In this document: positions 10,401 through 23,833 of the stretch, piece by piece | Layout: each line of letters begins with the position of its first letter | How positions within the stretch are numbered: position 1 is the stretch's first letter | Assembly (NCBI GenBank): GCA_973895155.1 | Contig: OZ316891.1 | Location: forward strand, 24,675,899 to 24,739,898 | From: Marsupella aquatica | Taxonomy: Eukaryota > Plantae > Marchantiophyta | DNA: 64,000 nt | Direction: 5' to 3' | Notes under the pieces: model-generated | The model's database searches: none | Told to the model about the DNA's origin: nothing | What the model saw: the letters and a program-made list of their open reading frames with translations, nothing else | Made by a program: the position numbers and the translations under genes

Positions 10401-12066
10401 CGCCAAGATGAACCAGATGGAGTCTGTCATCATTGCAGAGCTCGACAAGGAGCTAAGAGCAACCCAGGAGGAGAGGGCTACCTTGAAGAAGGAATTGGAG
10501 GAAGCCCACAGGGAGCAGGAGGAGGCCAAAAACGAGCTGGAGGGGGCACGTAAGGACCTGGATGAAACCCAAGAGGAGTTGGAGGAAATCACGAGGAAGA
10601 TGGAGAACCTACAGCGGCGGGCCGACAACCAAACAGAGCGGCTGAAGAAACAAGCCGCAGTATTTAAATGCTTAGCTGCAGCAGGTCCATCTCCCGTTGG
10701 GACAAACCAGTTACCAGGGGTGGTAATTGCCGAAGGACAAGCCGCGTCAACTGCACCAGTGCCGGAAGTAAGTGGGAAGGGGAAGGGACCAGCTGCCGAG
10801 CCACCAACGAAGAAGAAGCGGAAACCTCCAGGGTCAAGGAGTAATACGACTTCACAGGCCGTGGTGATCAAGGAGGTAGACCCAGCACCGACCCCAGACA
10901 GGGTCACGGCTAAGGATCCAACTACCCTAGGGGAAGGGGAGGCCGAAGCCGTGGGAGTGGCTGAGGCCGAAGCCGTGGGTATTGCCGAGGCCGGTGTCGA
11001 GGCTGAAGCCGAAGGTGGACCCAGTCAGGCCGATGGAGAGTTGACTCGGTCAAGGGCAGGTAATCTGTCAGTAGGCGGGCCAACGGCAGTGGTTGAGGAG
11101 GAAGTGTTGGGGGCGTCCATTGAGGATCCACCACCGGTGTCGTGACGGTGCAAGGGCGTCGTTCCTTTTAGGGAGGGCGGACGTGGAGGGAGGAGGCGTG
11201 AGTGGGCAGGGCGGGCGCGGATCTCCACGTTTAGGATTAGGATCAGAACCAGGAGCGGCCCTGACACTTAGCTTAGTGGGATTGGGGTTCCACTGGTAGG
11301 AGCAACACTTGTGCTCCTGCCTTGCTGTACATAGGTAGATTCGGGCAAGTAGATTACTGTCAGGTAGATTAGGCTTACGATGCAAAGAATGGCGGATCCA
11401 CTACCAGGATAAGTACCTGGGCAGCGGGGAGCTCAGGGCCTCTTCTTTAGCAAGTTTTTAGTTTGCACCAGCCGGGCTGGGATCAAGTAGTACGAGAAGC
11501 TCTCGGTTAGTCATACAGTGACCCTTGTGTATATTCATGTTTCCTCATGCCTAAGAGCTGAATAGAGTTGGCCTCACGGCTTAGTTCGCAGAACTTGTGT
11601 ATGAGATGTACTGTTTGTATGGCAAGTGCATGGTATGACTCAGTCAGAATGAGTCATTTTGCTATTTGTGTGTCGCATTAACTTGTGTGAAGAGTGCCCA
11701 CATCAACAGAAGGAAGGAAAGTAAGCAGGGGAGTGATAGTTGGATGTGTCGAGCTGAGAGAGGTCTTAGCGGCTTAACCAAGCCTATTGGGGATCATTCC
11801 GGCGGCGGAATCCAAACATACCTAACAAGACGGAGGGGAAGACAGGGGAAGACAAGGGAAGGCCTATATTAGGCCGGCTACGTATCTCATGACCTGATGA
11901 AGGATCTGTCCAGTATATGTGTGTAAAATGTTAATAGTAGTAGTAGAAGGTTAGCAGCGTCCCATGCCGCTAAGCCGCGGAAACGGCCTCGCCAAGCACG
12001 AAACCTGCGGGAATCGGCTTGAGCTGGGGGGTTTCTTGGGTTTAGGGAGCCATGGGACGCACCACA
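7431..12066 (+). repeat. Family A 3' LTR, 4636 bp
   Basis: TGTGATGCC...GCACCACA; same termini as the solo LTR at 18046-22705 that has a clean TSD. Confidence 0.95.
7546..11145 (+). pseudogene. LTR-encoded accessory ORF (~1199 aa consensus), interrupted by three in-frame stops
   Basis: ORFs 7507-7929, 7930-8880, 8890-10050 and 10057-11145 share one frame; the stops (TGA 7927, TAG 8878, TAG 10048) are CGA/CAG in other copies; long C-terminal coiled coil. Confidence 0.85.
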
Positions 12067-13290
12067 CAAGTCAAGGAGTTTACAAGAGAGTAGGCCTTCT
12101 TAGTGAGCCATCTCTAATGCAAGACTCCCAAGCTTCAACAAGATTAGGTCTCATCTCCTCTAAGCTTTCAAAAATCTCCTACAAGTCCATTCTCCTCAAA
12201 ACTTGAAGCAACAAACCTACATTCGAGTATGCCTTCTTGTGGGCAATCTCTCATGCAAGCTCCTTATACTTCCTACTCACATCCTACCTCCTTCCTAAGG
12301 CTTCGAGTCAGCCTCTCCTACATTCGAAATCTCTCTCCAAATCCCTAGAAAAACCGTCACGTACAAAACTCAATCTCTTCACATTCAAAGCTTCTCCATC
12401 TATCTCTTCACAAAATTGCCTCTACATCTCCTACCCTCAAAACCCTAAGGCCACGGCCAAGGAGGAGGGCTACCCCTTCACTCATGCCTCATGCTCGAGC
12501 TCCCCTCAAGAGGTTCGCTCCTACAACTAAAAATGGGACTTAACACTCCAAAACGGCAGCACTTCAGCAGCATCTAACTTCCGAACCCTTGGCCCCTCGA
12601 ACTTCCTCCTTTAGTACCCACGTGGGAAGGCCCAGGGCACCCACAAGCCCCTCCACTTATGGTTTTAATCCTCGTTGAATCACAGCCCTCGATCTCACAC
12701 CAATTAGATCAAACGGCCAAAAAATGAGCCAAAAAACCCCTCCTTAGTAACTTGTAAACCAAATGAGCTTTGACCTTTTTGAAAAAGCCACGACCTCCAC
12801 CAAGCCCTAACTCATATCTCCACCTTCAATCCAAACCATCCATTAACCAAAACCCAGATCCACCGTTGAAGTAGATACATTGAATTTGGTCAATTTAACA
12901 CAAAAATCTGAATCTGGTCCAAATCTCACAAAACTGATGCACTTGGATCAAACCCTCTTACATGCCTTGAACCTGGTCACCTCCTCCATGTATTCAATGA
13001 ACCTGGTCACCATGTTGCCAAAACCCTAAATACCTTGCTTGTTGAGCAAGCAACCTCCATTCCGCCAATCCGCCAAATGATAACTTAATCGCTGGTCACA
13101 AATGAAAAACATACCCCACAATAGTAACAAGGGTGGGTAGGCTCGACCTCATCCCTACCTTGACCCTCATAACTCTACTTCCTCCTTCACCTTGGTCAAG
13201 TTAGCTCAAGTCAAGTCAACTTGCCCAAGTTAGAAGCAAAATTGGTTTCAACTTCCTTCACAAAACATGAGGATTCCTCCTTTAGGAGAG
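12067..13290. other. Unassigned C/T-skewed non-coding DNA, probably an older LTR or TE fragment
   Basis: Composition resembles the 15880-17813 element; no credible ORF; boundaries approximate. Confidence 0.3.
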
Positions 13291-15879
13291 ACGTGCGAAG
13301 TGCGTATAATTTTCCCAGACTAGTGCTAAGTGCGCATACATTTACTTACAAGCACGCTTAGGTATGCTTTGTGTTCCGCCGCCGGAACATACCTTAGTCG
13401 ACACGGGGTCGACCCCGACTTACAGACTTCTAAGTCTTTGTGTTACCGCCTTCAATCCGGATCCATTAGTACAAGTGCTCAACCCTGGCTCGCAACCCCG
13501 TACCCGTAACCTGCACCCCGTGCACTCTTGGCATAACGTGTTTGGCCCGACATTGATACTTGCACACGAGACTCATACATGCATTCATACATAAATCAAG
13601 AACATATATGAATGAACCCTTTATGTATGATCATATACTTACGATTGGGTGACCCGACACCTCGTGAATGAACGGGCCCAAGGTCAAGGAGTATACACTA
13701 CAACGGAGCTCGGCTCCGCACTCACCCAACAAGCTTAGTCGTATACCCTCTCCTTGGCACTCCGGCACTTCACCAAGTTTGGGACTTCCCGTGCGTACTG
13801 CGAATGGCCAACTTTTGAGTCTAAAATCCCCCCCCCCCGTGCCTCTACTGGGGGGCTGCTAAATACTAAGGCTGAGGATCAGCCTGGCCTTGTGCCCAAA
13901 TCTGCGCTAACTTATATCTTCGCTAAGCTGGTTACTGCTTGTCCTATTAGTCTAACCTATTCTACACAGGCTGGCTAATGTGTCAGCGCCACTATCTTCT
14001 GGCCGGCACTTGTCCTAACAGCCTATTTTAGCTACTCCTAGTTCTATTCTAGTCCTAACCCTCCGCTAATGCCTGGTGCGCTTGCTAGAGCCGTCCAAGT
14101 GGGAGCGGCCATCCCGCTGCCTACGGAGTCTGTCGTTGTCCATCTTGAGGAGCTGGACTTGGTCTAGCAGAGATTCGTTCTCTCACTTTGCCACATTTGT
14201 CTCCTCAGTTGCCTCCTAGCATGCCTCTTCTAGTTGCTGGGCGTTGCTCGTCAGCTTGTCCACCATTTGGGTCTGCCTCTCGGCTTTGGTTTGAAGCCGC
14301 GCTACTTTGGCCTGTAGGGCATCAATCTCCAAAGTGTCACGTTGGGCCCGCTTGTCGGCCTCCTCCAGGTCTTTCTGCCAGATGACAGTTTGATTCTTCA
14401 AACTGTCAATCTGGGCCCGGAGCCGTGCAATCTCGGCCTCCTTCCCAGCTTTGGCCTGTTTGGCTAAGGCGATAAGGGTGCGTGCATCTGCTAACAACTC
14501 ATTGGCGGTTGCAACCTTGGGTCATAGTTGCAGATGCTCAGCCTCTTGAGTCTCAATTTTTCCCTTTAGGTACACGGACTCAACCCGGTACGGCTCTATC
14601 CTCTGAAGGGCCTCCGACTGGGCCCGGCCTGCCTTTACTGCGGTAACCAACTCCTGGTTGAAGAAGTAGGCTACCTTCTGGGCCATGAACTCCCCGGTAT
14701 CCCAGGAAATCTGTTGGGAGAAATCTCCCAACAGCCCGTTCAGAAATGTACCCGGTACAAAGAGTTCCGGGTGGTCCAGGTTGTGCCTCGTCCGGTACCT
14801 CTTCGGCCATGGTTACGACTACTTTGTGGAGGTGGGGTGGGTGAGGCCTGCATGGCCGCCGGACTTTGGGCCTCGGGTTGAGGCCGTCTCTCCATGGTCG
14901 GGAAGATGCACCTAGACGGGACCAACTTAGTTACGTTGGCTCGGGGAAGGGTTCGTCGATCAAACCGGGCGTACCACTCAAGAACGATCTCAATGTGGCT
15001 CGTGAAATACACCTTCCCGCCAATCTACAGCGCCTTCCTTCGCCGTTCCATCTCTTCATGGAACTTCTTAGCGAAGTATGACGCCCACTTCCTAGGCCGA
15101 TAATTCTCAACCTGGATAACCTGGGCAGCGAAGATCTTGCCCCGGGGTTCCATCATGTGGAGGGCATACCTCTGGAACTCCAATCGCTTGGCTATCTTGG
15201 GGATGAGGCAGGTCCTCATCACAAACCCGTTGTCCACTGACCCCTTAGAGGGGAAACTCGAGGATTGGTACTTGGCTCCTTTGCCCCCGGGAGCCCATGA
15301 TTTGACTCGTTGATCTCCCTCGGGTAGCCCAAAGATCATCCTGAGCCGCTCCTCTATGAGGGACATGTTCCTCCCCGTAGTCAAGTATGCTGACGGACGT
15401 CGTCATAATTTTTGACAAACTCTGTCATGTCCTCCCCGTAGTACCTGCAGGTGTTCCAGGGGAGAGAGGCAAGGTGCTCAAACCCCTGAGTCTTCAAGTA
15501 CACCACATGTTTGAAGTGGAGGATTTCTTATGCACGTTCTCTTCCATGCGGTGCATTGTCACCTTGGCCGCGGCTACCGTGGCCATGGTTAACCTGAATA
15601 CAGTTGCGGGTTCCTTCCTCTTCTTTCCCTGAGACTGGCTCCCGCGATGGCTTGGAGAGGGTGACATCTCCCCATCCTCCCGATCGGGTATGGGTAGTGC
15701 CACCGCCGTTAGTATTGGGTCCGGGGTGGCTATGGTCACCGTGTTGTCCACCGGAGCTGCTACTCGGGTCCGGGCCTAGGGAGGGGGCGATGGAGTGCCG
15801 CCTCCCTGGGTGCTCACTCCTCTGGGCCGCTTGAGCAGGGGTGGGGTAGCCTCGTCGTCCTCGTTGCGGTCCACATTGT

Positions 15880-17813
15880 TGTCAAACACTTGTCAAGGAG
15901 CTTAAGCGGCTCTTCTCCCCAAAAGACTACCTAATACCTGCTCCATATCATACCAGGGTCACAAAGGATTGACAAAACTTCTGAAATGTGCCTACATGTC
16001 TAATCACTCCATACATAAGTAGTTTCAACTCTCCACTTCTAGAGAGGTAGTCCCCTTGACTACTTTTGTACTCACACCCTTCCCCTCTCCTCTACTCCAA
16101 GGATCAGCAAGGGGGATCTCCGCTCCAAGCTATCACCTTAGAGAAGAGTCTCACACAAACACCCAAGAACCAAAGTACTTTCCTCTTCAAGCTTAAGTCT
16201 CCTCAAGACCCTCAAAGTAGTGTTACCCCTCAACCTTGCCCCCCTGGCCTTGGTTTGGGTCCACACATCCCCTTTGAGCTCTAGAGAAGGCTCCTCTATC
16301 TAAGGACTCTTCCTCTTGTTCTTACTTCTTGTTAACACCACACACCAAGCAAAATACTTACCACCCTCAAGCTATAATCCTTTCTAAGTCTCAAAGTAGT
16401 GCTCTACCTTAACCTTGCCTCCTTGGCCTTGGTTTTGTACTAGCACATCCCCTTCAAGCTTAGACCAAGATTACATCATAGCATGGACTCTTCTCTTGCT
16501 CTCATATACTTCAAATGCACTCACACTTAATGGTCACAATGAAGATTGACAAGTCTTCTTTTATTGCATCACCTTTACAACAAAAGTTCACTACACATTC
16601 TCCACACTAAGCATGGACCACCTCTCCCTTCTCAAGCTTAGCCCTACCTTGGCAAGGTAGAGATTCCACTTAAGAGATGAGACTCCCGGTCCCTAACAAA
16701 TGAAAACTTCCTCCTTATATACTATTCTCCTTCCACACCACACCAAGGTAGCCCACCAAGGACCAAGGACCAAAGTAGCCCACCAAGGACCAAGGTAGCC
16801 CACCAAAGACCAAGGACCAACGTAACCCACCAAGGACCAAGGTAGCCCATCAAGGACCAAGGACCAAGGTAGCCCACCAAGGACCAAGGACCAAAGTAGC
16901 CCACCAAGGACCAAGGACCAAAGTAGCCCACCAACTACCACTCCTACTCAAGCTCCTTCACCTTGTGGTTGCCTGGTCTATTCAACCATCTCCTAGCCGC
17001 CCTTGTGCTTGACTTATTCCTGCCTTGTGGTAGCCTCGTCGAAGCGTTTTTACACTTAGTCGGATTTTGTTATTTTGGAAAAACTATAATTCCCTGGCCC
17101 ATATTGTACCCACCACCAAAAATCACCCATAAGGCCAAAAGGACTTTTGAGTAGATCCATAGATTCTCTTGACATAGGGCTATGTCCCGGTTTACTAAGA
17201 TCTAAACAAAACCCTATAACCAATTTTCTAAAATTAGGTAAAGAGGGTTAATTCTTATGTTTTCCAAAATTCTTCTCAACTTTGAGATGCTCCCCAAAAG
17301 TAACCAAAGGTAACCAAGTTCTCCCACAAGTTTCCAGGGATAGAGTGGACCATATTTAACCTATTTTGCAACTTGGAACCCCTATCTTTTCCCATCAGCT
17401 ATTTTTCCCGAGACCCGCTATTTGGTAACTTTAAGTTTTGCCAAAATACTTACAACTCCTAGGTTAAGACCCCACTTGACTTTGTGACTTTTATGTGTGG
17501 TCTAGGGACTATCTAGCACCTATAGGGTGAGTCTTAGCAAAAATTATCACTCAAAAGTATCGGTCATGCCTTCGGCCCAACTTGCCGACTACCGTAACTT
17601 TTTTCCGCCCTTACCAAATAACTTACTCAACTCTTGATACTTCTTAGAGAAACATGTCCTCTCCCTCAATTTATTTCCCTACTCTACTTCCCTAGTTATT
17701 AAGTTACCTTAAACCTAACAACTCCGCTAATCACTAAAACTATGTAATTACTACTCCTTGAAAGCAAAAAACTAAAGCATTTCCTACTCAAGCCTCCTTT
17801 GAGCCATTCCACA
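15880..17813. mobile_element. Solo-LTR-like insertion (family D), 1934 bp
   Basis: TGTCAAACAC...CCATTCCACA flanked by 5-bp TSD ATTGT (15875-15879 and 17814-17818); removing it restores the B LTR sequence. Confidence 0.8.
16740..16935. repeat. Composite minisatellite of CCAAGGA and CCAAGGTAGCCCA units
   Basis: Directly visible tandem array. Confidence 0.9.
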
Positions 17814-18045
17814 ATTGTTGACGATGGATTGCACCTATATGGGCGAGGCGACCAGCGGTGGGGGTTGGCTAGGCTGAGGCAGAGCTTGAGCCTGAGCCTG
17901 AGCCGGTGTTGGTGCGGGTACAGGCACGGGCTCGGCTGGGCCGGCACCGGTGGTTGATGGTATGGTTGCCATGACGTTTTGCAGGTGCCGGTAGAGGATT
18001 TCTGAAGCAAGTGTAGACGGCCTTGTCGACTGGGTAGTGTTGAAC

Positions 18046-21000
18046 TGTGGTGCGTCCAATGGCTCCCTAAACCCAAGAAACCCCCCAGCTCAAGCTGATT
18101 CCCGCAGGTTTCGCGCTTGGCGAGGCCGTTTCCACGGCTTAGCGGCATGGGACGCTGCTAACCTTCTACTACTACTATTAACATTTTACACACATATACT
18201 GGACAGATCCTTCATCGGGTCATGAGATACGTAGCCGGCCTAATCTAGGCCTTCCCCTGTCTTCCCCTCCGTCTTGTTAGGTATGTTTGGATTCCGCCGC
18301 CGGAATGATCCCCAATAGGCTTGGTTAAGCCGCTAAGACCTCTCTCAGCTCGACACATCCAACTCTCACTCCCCTGCTTACTTTCCTTCCTTCTGGTAGA
18401 TGTGGGCACTCTTCACACAAGTTAATGCGACACACAAATAGCAAAATGACTCATTCTGACTGAGTCATACCATGCACTTGCCATACAAACAGTACATCTC
18501 ATACACAAGTTCTGCGAACTAAGCCGTGAGGCCAACTCTATTCAGCTCTTAGGCATGAGGAAACATGAATATACACAAGGGTCACTGTATGACTAACCGA
18601 GAGCTTCTCGTACTACTTGATCCCAGCCCGGCTGGTGCAAACTAAAAACTTGCTAAAGAAGAGGCCCTGAGCTCCCCGCTGCCCAGGTACTTATCCTGGT
18701 AGTGGATCCGCCATTCTTTGCATCGTAAGCCTAATCTACTTAACAGTAATCTACTTGCCCAAATCTACCTATGTACAGCAAGGCAGGAGCACAAGTGTTG
18801 CTCCTACCAGTGGGACCGTAATCCCACTAAGCTAAGTGTCAGGGCCGCTCTTGGTCCTGACCCTAATCCTAAACTTGGAGATCAGCGCCCGCCCTGCCCA
18901 CTCACGCCTCCTCCCTCCACGTCCGCCCTCCCTAAAAGGAACGGCGCCCTTGCACCGTCACGACACCGGTGGTGGATCCTTAATGGACGCCCCCAACGCT
19001 TCCTCCTCAGCCACTGCTGTAGGCTCATTCTCTGACAGATTACCTGCCCTTGACTGAGTCAACTCTCCATCGGCCTGACTGGGTCCACCATCGGCGTCGG
19101 CATCGGCTCGGGAATCGGTTACGGCCTCAGCCTCGGCTACGGTCTCCCCGGCCTGCTCAAGAGGCGGATCTGGAATACCGGCCTCATTACTGAGTAGTTT
19201 GGCTTGGGCCGCACCACCCCCACCTGTGATGATAGCGGGATCTATTGCCGTATTCATGCCGGAGGATGGTGCTGGTTCTACCTCCTTGGTCACCACGGCT
19301 TGTGGAGTCGGATTACTCCTTGACCCTGAAGGTTTCCACTTTTTCTTTTTTTCTGGTTCGGCAGCTGGTCCCTTCCCCTTCCCACTTACCTCCGGCACTG
19401 GTGCAGTTGGCGCGGCTTTTTCGGCCAGTACCACTCCTAGTAACTTGGTTGCCCCAATTGGAGTTGGGCCTGATGAAGACAAGCACTTAAATACTGCGGC
19501 TTGTTTCTTCAGCCGCTCCGTTTGGTTGTCGGCCCGCCGCTGGAGGTTCTCCATCTTCCTCGTGATTTCCTCCAACTCCTCCTGGGTCTCATCCAGGTCC
19601 TTGCGTGCCTCCTTTAGTTCCTTCTGGGCTTCCTCCCGTTCTTGTTTCAAGGTAGTCCTCTCCTCCTGGGTTGCTCTTAGCTCCTTGTCGAGCTCTGCAA
19701 TGATGACAGACTCCATCTGGTTCATCTTGGCGTAAGTCTGTTCGAGCATCTCGTCCTTCTCCCTTAGGTTGGCCTTGAAGCTGGCCGTCAAGGACGCAAG
19801 CTCCTGCTGCAGCGCCATAATCCCTTGATAGGATTTCCCTAACTCGGCCTCCTTCTGCTCAAGGGCTCCGTGGATTTTCTCGAGCTCCCCCTTCAACGCC
19901 CATTCCTTTCTTTGGGTCTCCGCCATGGCCCGGCTGTTGGCTGTTATGTGGGCCTCCTCTGTATTCTTCAGCTCTTGCTTCCACTTCTCCCTCTCTTTGA
20001 TCGTGTCGGCCAACTCTCCCTGCGTCTGAGTCAGTTTATCCTTGATATTCTGATTATCAGCCTGCGCGGTGTCCAACTGCCCCTGCATGATGTTCAGCTC
20101 ATGTCGTTTAATCCGCAGTTCATCTTGGGCTTTCTTGGCCGCCCTTAGATCTTCAATCTCGGCTTCCATCCTCCTAAGCCGCCGAATGACCTCGTCCTTC
20201 TTGCTTCTCTCTAAAGCCACCGCTTCTTCTAATTGGTGCTTCTCCAACTGCTCCTTATGGAAAAAGGGTCCTACCTCCAACTCCTCTCCAAAGATGCCGA
20301 GCGCAAGTTCCCCACACATCTCACCATACTCCATGGCTCTATTCTTAGCGTAGGTGGAGTAAGTAGAAGTGATCGGCATTGCCCATCGCGGCCTCTGCTC
20401 CCAAGCCGTCTTGCGGATCTCTTCAATCGTGGCTAGAGGTTTGCTTCCTTTTTTGGCTAGCCGCCTGATGTCCTCCGGCCAATCTCCTCCTGGTAAATCC
20501 TTTTCCCTAGCCAGGGCTGCCTCCTCTTCCTGCTTGATTCGCTCCTGAAATTCCTGCATCGTCTGTTTTATGCCGTCGAAGCTCGGGGGAGCAACATCTG
20601 GTGGGGGAGACTCAGGGCTACTCTGCTGGTTGGGGTCCCCTCGCACTACCCTTGGAAGTGTGGGGACAAACCGGCCATAGGTCCTTACTCCTGGGACGTG
20701 ATGGTCCGACCCATAGCCGGAATTATCATGGTTGCAGTCCTCCACTGCCTCCTCTACTTCTTGGCCGTCCGGCTTCTCCCTCTCCTCTTCGTCGGTAGGA
20801 GCTTCAGGCAATTCTGCCTCAGATTTGGAGCTTGAGATTCCCACATACATTCGAACACCTGGCTTGGATTCAGGCCTGATTCTCTTCTTGTCTCCAGCAA
20901 AGGGGTTTTCTCTTGTGAGCCGGTGTAGGCCTACCTCTGTAGTAGTGTCCTGCATTGTTGCCGTTGCCGTTGTTGTTGCCGATGCCAATTTCTTCTCTTT

Positions 21001-22705
21001 CTCCAATAGTTTCAGCAGACTCTGCATGCCTGGTTGCTGCATCGGCAAGTCCTCCTTCCTGGGCCTAAACACCTGCTCGATCGTAGGGCTAACAGGTGGT
21101 TGAGGCTTCTCAACCAACGGCCTTGGCGTTGGAGCTTCCTCGGGTGCCCTTACCTGCAGGGGAAGTACCGGGGCAAAAGTCTGACCTCTGGCATACCGGC
21201 ACAACAGCGGCATGTGATAGCCAAGCCGCGACACGCTCCCCATGCCGATTACCTGCTACTCCTCCTTTAAGATCTTCTTCAATTGGTTGAGAAGGTACCC
21301 GTTGTAGTCCCGGCTTGGGTCTGGCCTTTCTGCCAGATAGACCTGTGCCTTGCCGATCTCTGCCCTCAGCAAGTTACAATGCATGGTCACCCGCAAGAAG
21401 TCGATCATCTCTCCTATGTGCGGGTTGGTGCAGGTGTTCCGGAAGAAGCCATTCTTCGTTGATGGCCCGGGGAACGACCGGAACTCCTTGTCAGGCAAGG
21501 TCTTCCTGGTATCAACTTTGGTCTTATTGCCTATCGGCAAGCCAAACACTTCGGCAATTACCTTGGGAGTAAGATAGAAATCCTTCCCATATATCCTCGT
21601 GCAATTGGTCTCGGGTTCCCATGACCCCACGAATTCTAATAGGTCTGACTCCGGTACCTCCGGCTTCAGCCATGGTAATCTTACAAAGGCCTCTAAGCCG
21701 GATCCGGCCATGAAGCCTTGGTACTTCTTGGTCTGCATGGCCGTGAAGCATGCATCCTCCTCCCGTGCAAAATGTAGTTGCACCTCCACCGGTAGGGTTG
21801 CCGCCCAGCCCTTCCAGGTGTCATCCCTGGTTGGAATGGCCTTGATGGGATCGACCTCCTCCTCTTCGGCTTCTCCCTGCCTCCTGCTCTGCTGCTCGGC
21901 TGGCTTCTTTGGTGCCGCCGACCTCGTTCTTTTTGCCGGGGTGGCTTCATCGTTGACGGCTCCCTTCCTCTTCATCTCTGCTGCCGTGGAGGTTTCTCCT
22001 AGCACCGTTGCCTGGGTCCACCTTTCCGTGCTACCCTTTAATTCCCAGTGTATGTCGTTGCAGTTCTTGATGGCCTCTCGGATGCCGACGACGCTGTCTT
22101 TGCAAAACAGAAGATCGTCGAGTTGATTGGAAGTAGGCGTCCACAGGAACTCGTCCTTGATGAGTTCGCCTCCTAAGAAAGCCGTCTTCTACAGCTCCCA
22201 CAATCGAGCGAGCTCCTGCCGTTCTCGAGCTGCCCTTTCTGATTCCTCATCCTCGTAAGTCTTGATGTACTCAGTTGCCCGTTCGAACAGGCATCCCCAG
22301 AAATGTGCCGCTTGATTGACGTTGCTCATACCCTCCTTAGGTCGATCATCGGTATCTACTCTCTCCCCGAGTGCTTGCTTAAGCAACTGACAGTAGTTGG
22401 CCTCCCGTAGTCGTCTGCCTAGTTCGTGCTCGCAAATGAGCCACCATCTCCTGCAAGCGCTCCTTACCCCTCTCCTCTGCCGGTCCTTCTTCCCATTGAT
22501 CCTTCCTAGCCGCCGACGCTTAACGTGCCCTAACCCTAATCTAGTTTTCACCCTCAGCGTCCTTACCTCCGGCCTCGGCCCGGGTTCCATGGTTGCCCCT
22601 AATGGTTTATATTTTCCTTGTTTTGTCCCTATACTAAGGTGTTCCTAGGGTGCCTTCCTGCTTTACCCACTTAACTGGCCGAGTGATTCCTGTCTAGGCA
22701 TCACA
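18046..22705 (-). mobile_element. Family A solo LTR, 4660 bp
   Basis: TGTGGTGCGTCC...CTAGGCATCACA flanked by TSD TGAAC (18041-18045 and 22706-22710); no PBS or PPT adjacent. Confidence 0.95.
18958..22590 (-). pseudogene. LTR-encoded accessory ORF in the solo LTR (two in-frame stops)
   Basis: ORFs 22189-22590, 21256-22005 and 18958-21243 are collinear with 7546-11145; the stops are at different codons from element 1. Confidence 0.85.
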
Positions 22706-23671
22706 TGAACTCGCTGTTGATGATGGCCTGGACCCAAGCGGGGATGTGGTCAAAGTGGTGCCGCTGTAAGTCGATCATGCCCGGGATAGTGAAGACCAAG
22801 TTCAGAAGCCAAAGCAATGCCTCCTAGAAGCCGATGTATTTGTCCCCGTCAAAGAAGTACCCTGATATTTCTTTGGGTCGGTAAAGCTCGCTCTAGGATG
22901 GGTGATCAAAGTTAAGGAGATAGTGGTGGCGGCCTGCTAGGCAGATGGCTCTCTCGTACTCGTGTTCAATTTTGTATCCGTGCAGGTTCATTGGTGTGTT
23001 TTAATGAGTCGGCCAAGTGCCCCCCGATAGACAAGAACTGCATCCAAAATTGTATGGCCGAACTGGAAAGGATCGTGTGTGGCAGCTAGAGAAGATAGAA
23101 GGCGACTAAGGATGGGCAAGAGAACTGGGGTCGAAGCTGGCACGTGGACTGAAGAACTGGTGCACTACAAAGGATCGACCCCCTTTTTATACCCTGAGAG
23201 CTCGTCAGTCGCCCGACACCTCCTCGTCGCTTATAGGCCGAGCCTTTCATGCTTGTAGTGTACCGGCCACTCCGCCAGTCCGGGTCAGCGCGTGTCAATG
23301 GCTGCCTCCCGGAGTTTGTTATACGGACCCGAGGGGGGGGGCCCATTACACGCTCGCAACACGGGTGTGCAAATGGCGACCCACCGCCAGCCCAAACACG
23401 AATGCCCTTATTGACTAATGATTTCCTACTCATAATGGCTACCTAAATACTGTCATTACGCTAATAATTACAGCCTAAGATACCCCTAACGCGTGTGCTA
23501 AGCATGGTTAGGCCAAATCACTCATTACCCGCCGTACCGGCGGCGTCACAGGTTGGCCCATGTGGCCACTTTTGATTGGCTGTCTCGCTAAACAACAAAA
23601 TAGCAGGGAAGGGTATATTTCTTGGATTTCCAATTTGATTCTTAAACGTGCATTATGGCAAAATTATGTAG

Positions 23672-23833
23672 TTTTGAAATTTAAGCAATAAATTTATCTG
23701 ATGTTGGTATTGCAAAAAGTGTTTCCTTCATATGGATAGTTGCAATTTTGAAATTTAAGCGATAAATTTATATGATGTTGGTATTGCAAAAAGTGTTTTC
23801 TTCATATGGATAGTTGCAATTTTGAAATTTAAC
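23672..23833. repeat. 74-bp AT-rich tandem duplication (~2.2 copies)
   Basis: Unit TTTTGAAATTTAAGC...GGATAGTTGCAA starts at 23672, 23746 and 23820. Confidence 0.9.

Larger units (their letters stand above)
1..12066 (+). mobile_element. Ty3/gypsy LTR retrotransposon, family A element 1 (5' LTR begins before the window); non-chromovirus, Athila/Phygy-like domain order
   Basis: LTR end ...CATGGGACGCACCACA at both 1206 and 12066; PBS at 1211; gag-PR-RT-RH-INT order; no chromodomain and no second RNase H seen. Confidence 0.95.
13290..23550 (-). mobile_element. Degenerate family B LTR, 3'-truncated and split by two insertions
   Basis: ...CCGTACCGGCGGCGTCACA ending at 23550 is the reverse complement of the B LTR start; ORF fragments 14216-15751 (-) match the B LTR protein (IFGLPEGD, RYALHMMEPRG, AQSEALQRIE); left boundary approximate. 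Confidence 0.88.

Noticed and set aside
7546-11145. LTR ORF as an env gene
   Set aside because: No signal peptide or transmembrane stretch is visible; the protein is highly charged with basic NLS-like runs
16693-16941. Repetitive hydrophobic ORFs (WSLVLGGL repeats)
   Set aside because: Translation artefact of the minisatellite
18958-21243. 761-aa coiled-coil ORF as a host SMC/myosin-like gene
   Set aside because: It lies inside a TSD-flanked solo LTR, recurs in the other family A LTR copies and has no ATPase motifs
23672-23833. CRISPR-like array
   Set aside because: Contiguous tandem copies with no unique spacers, no cas genes and a eukaryotic context
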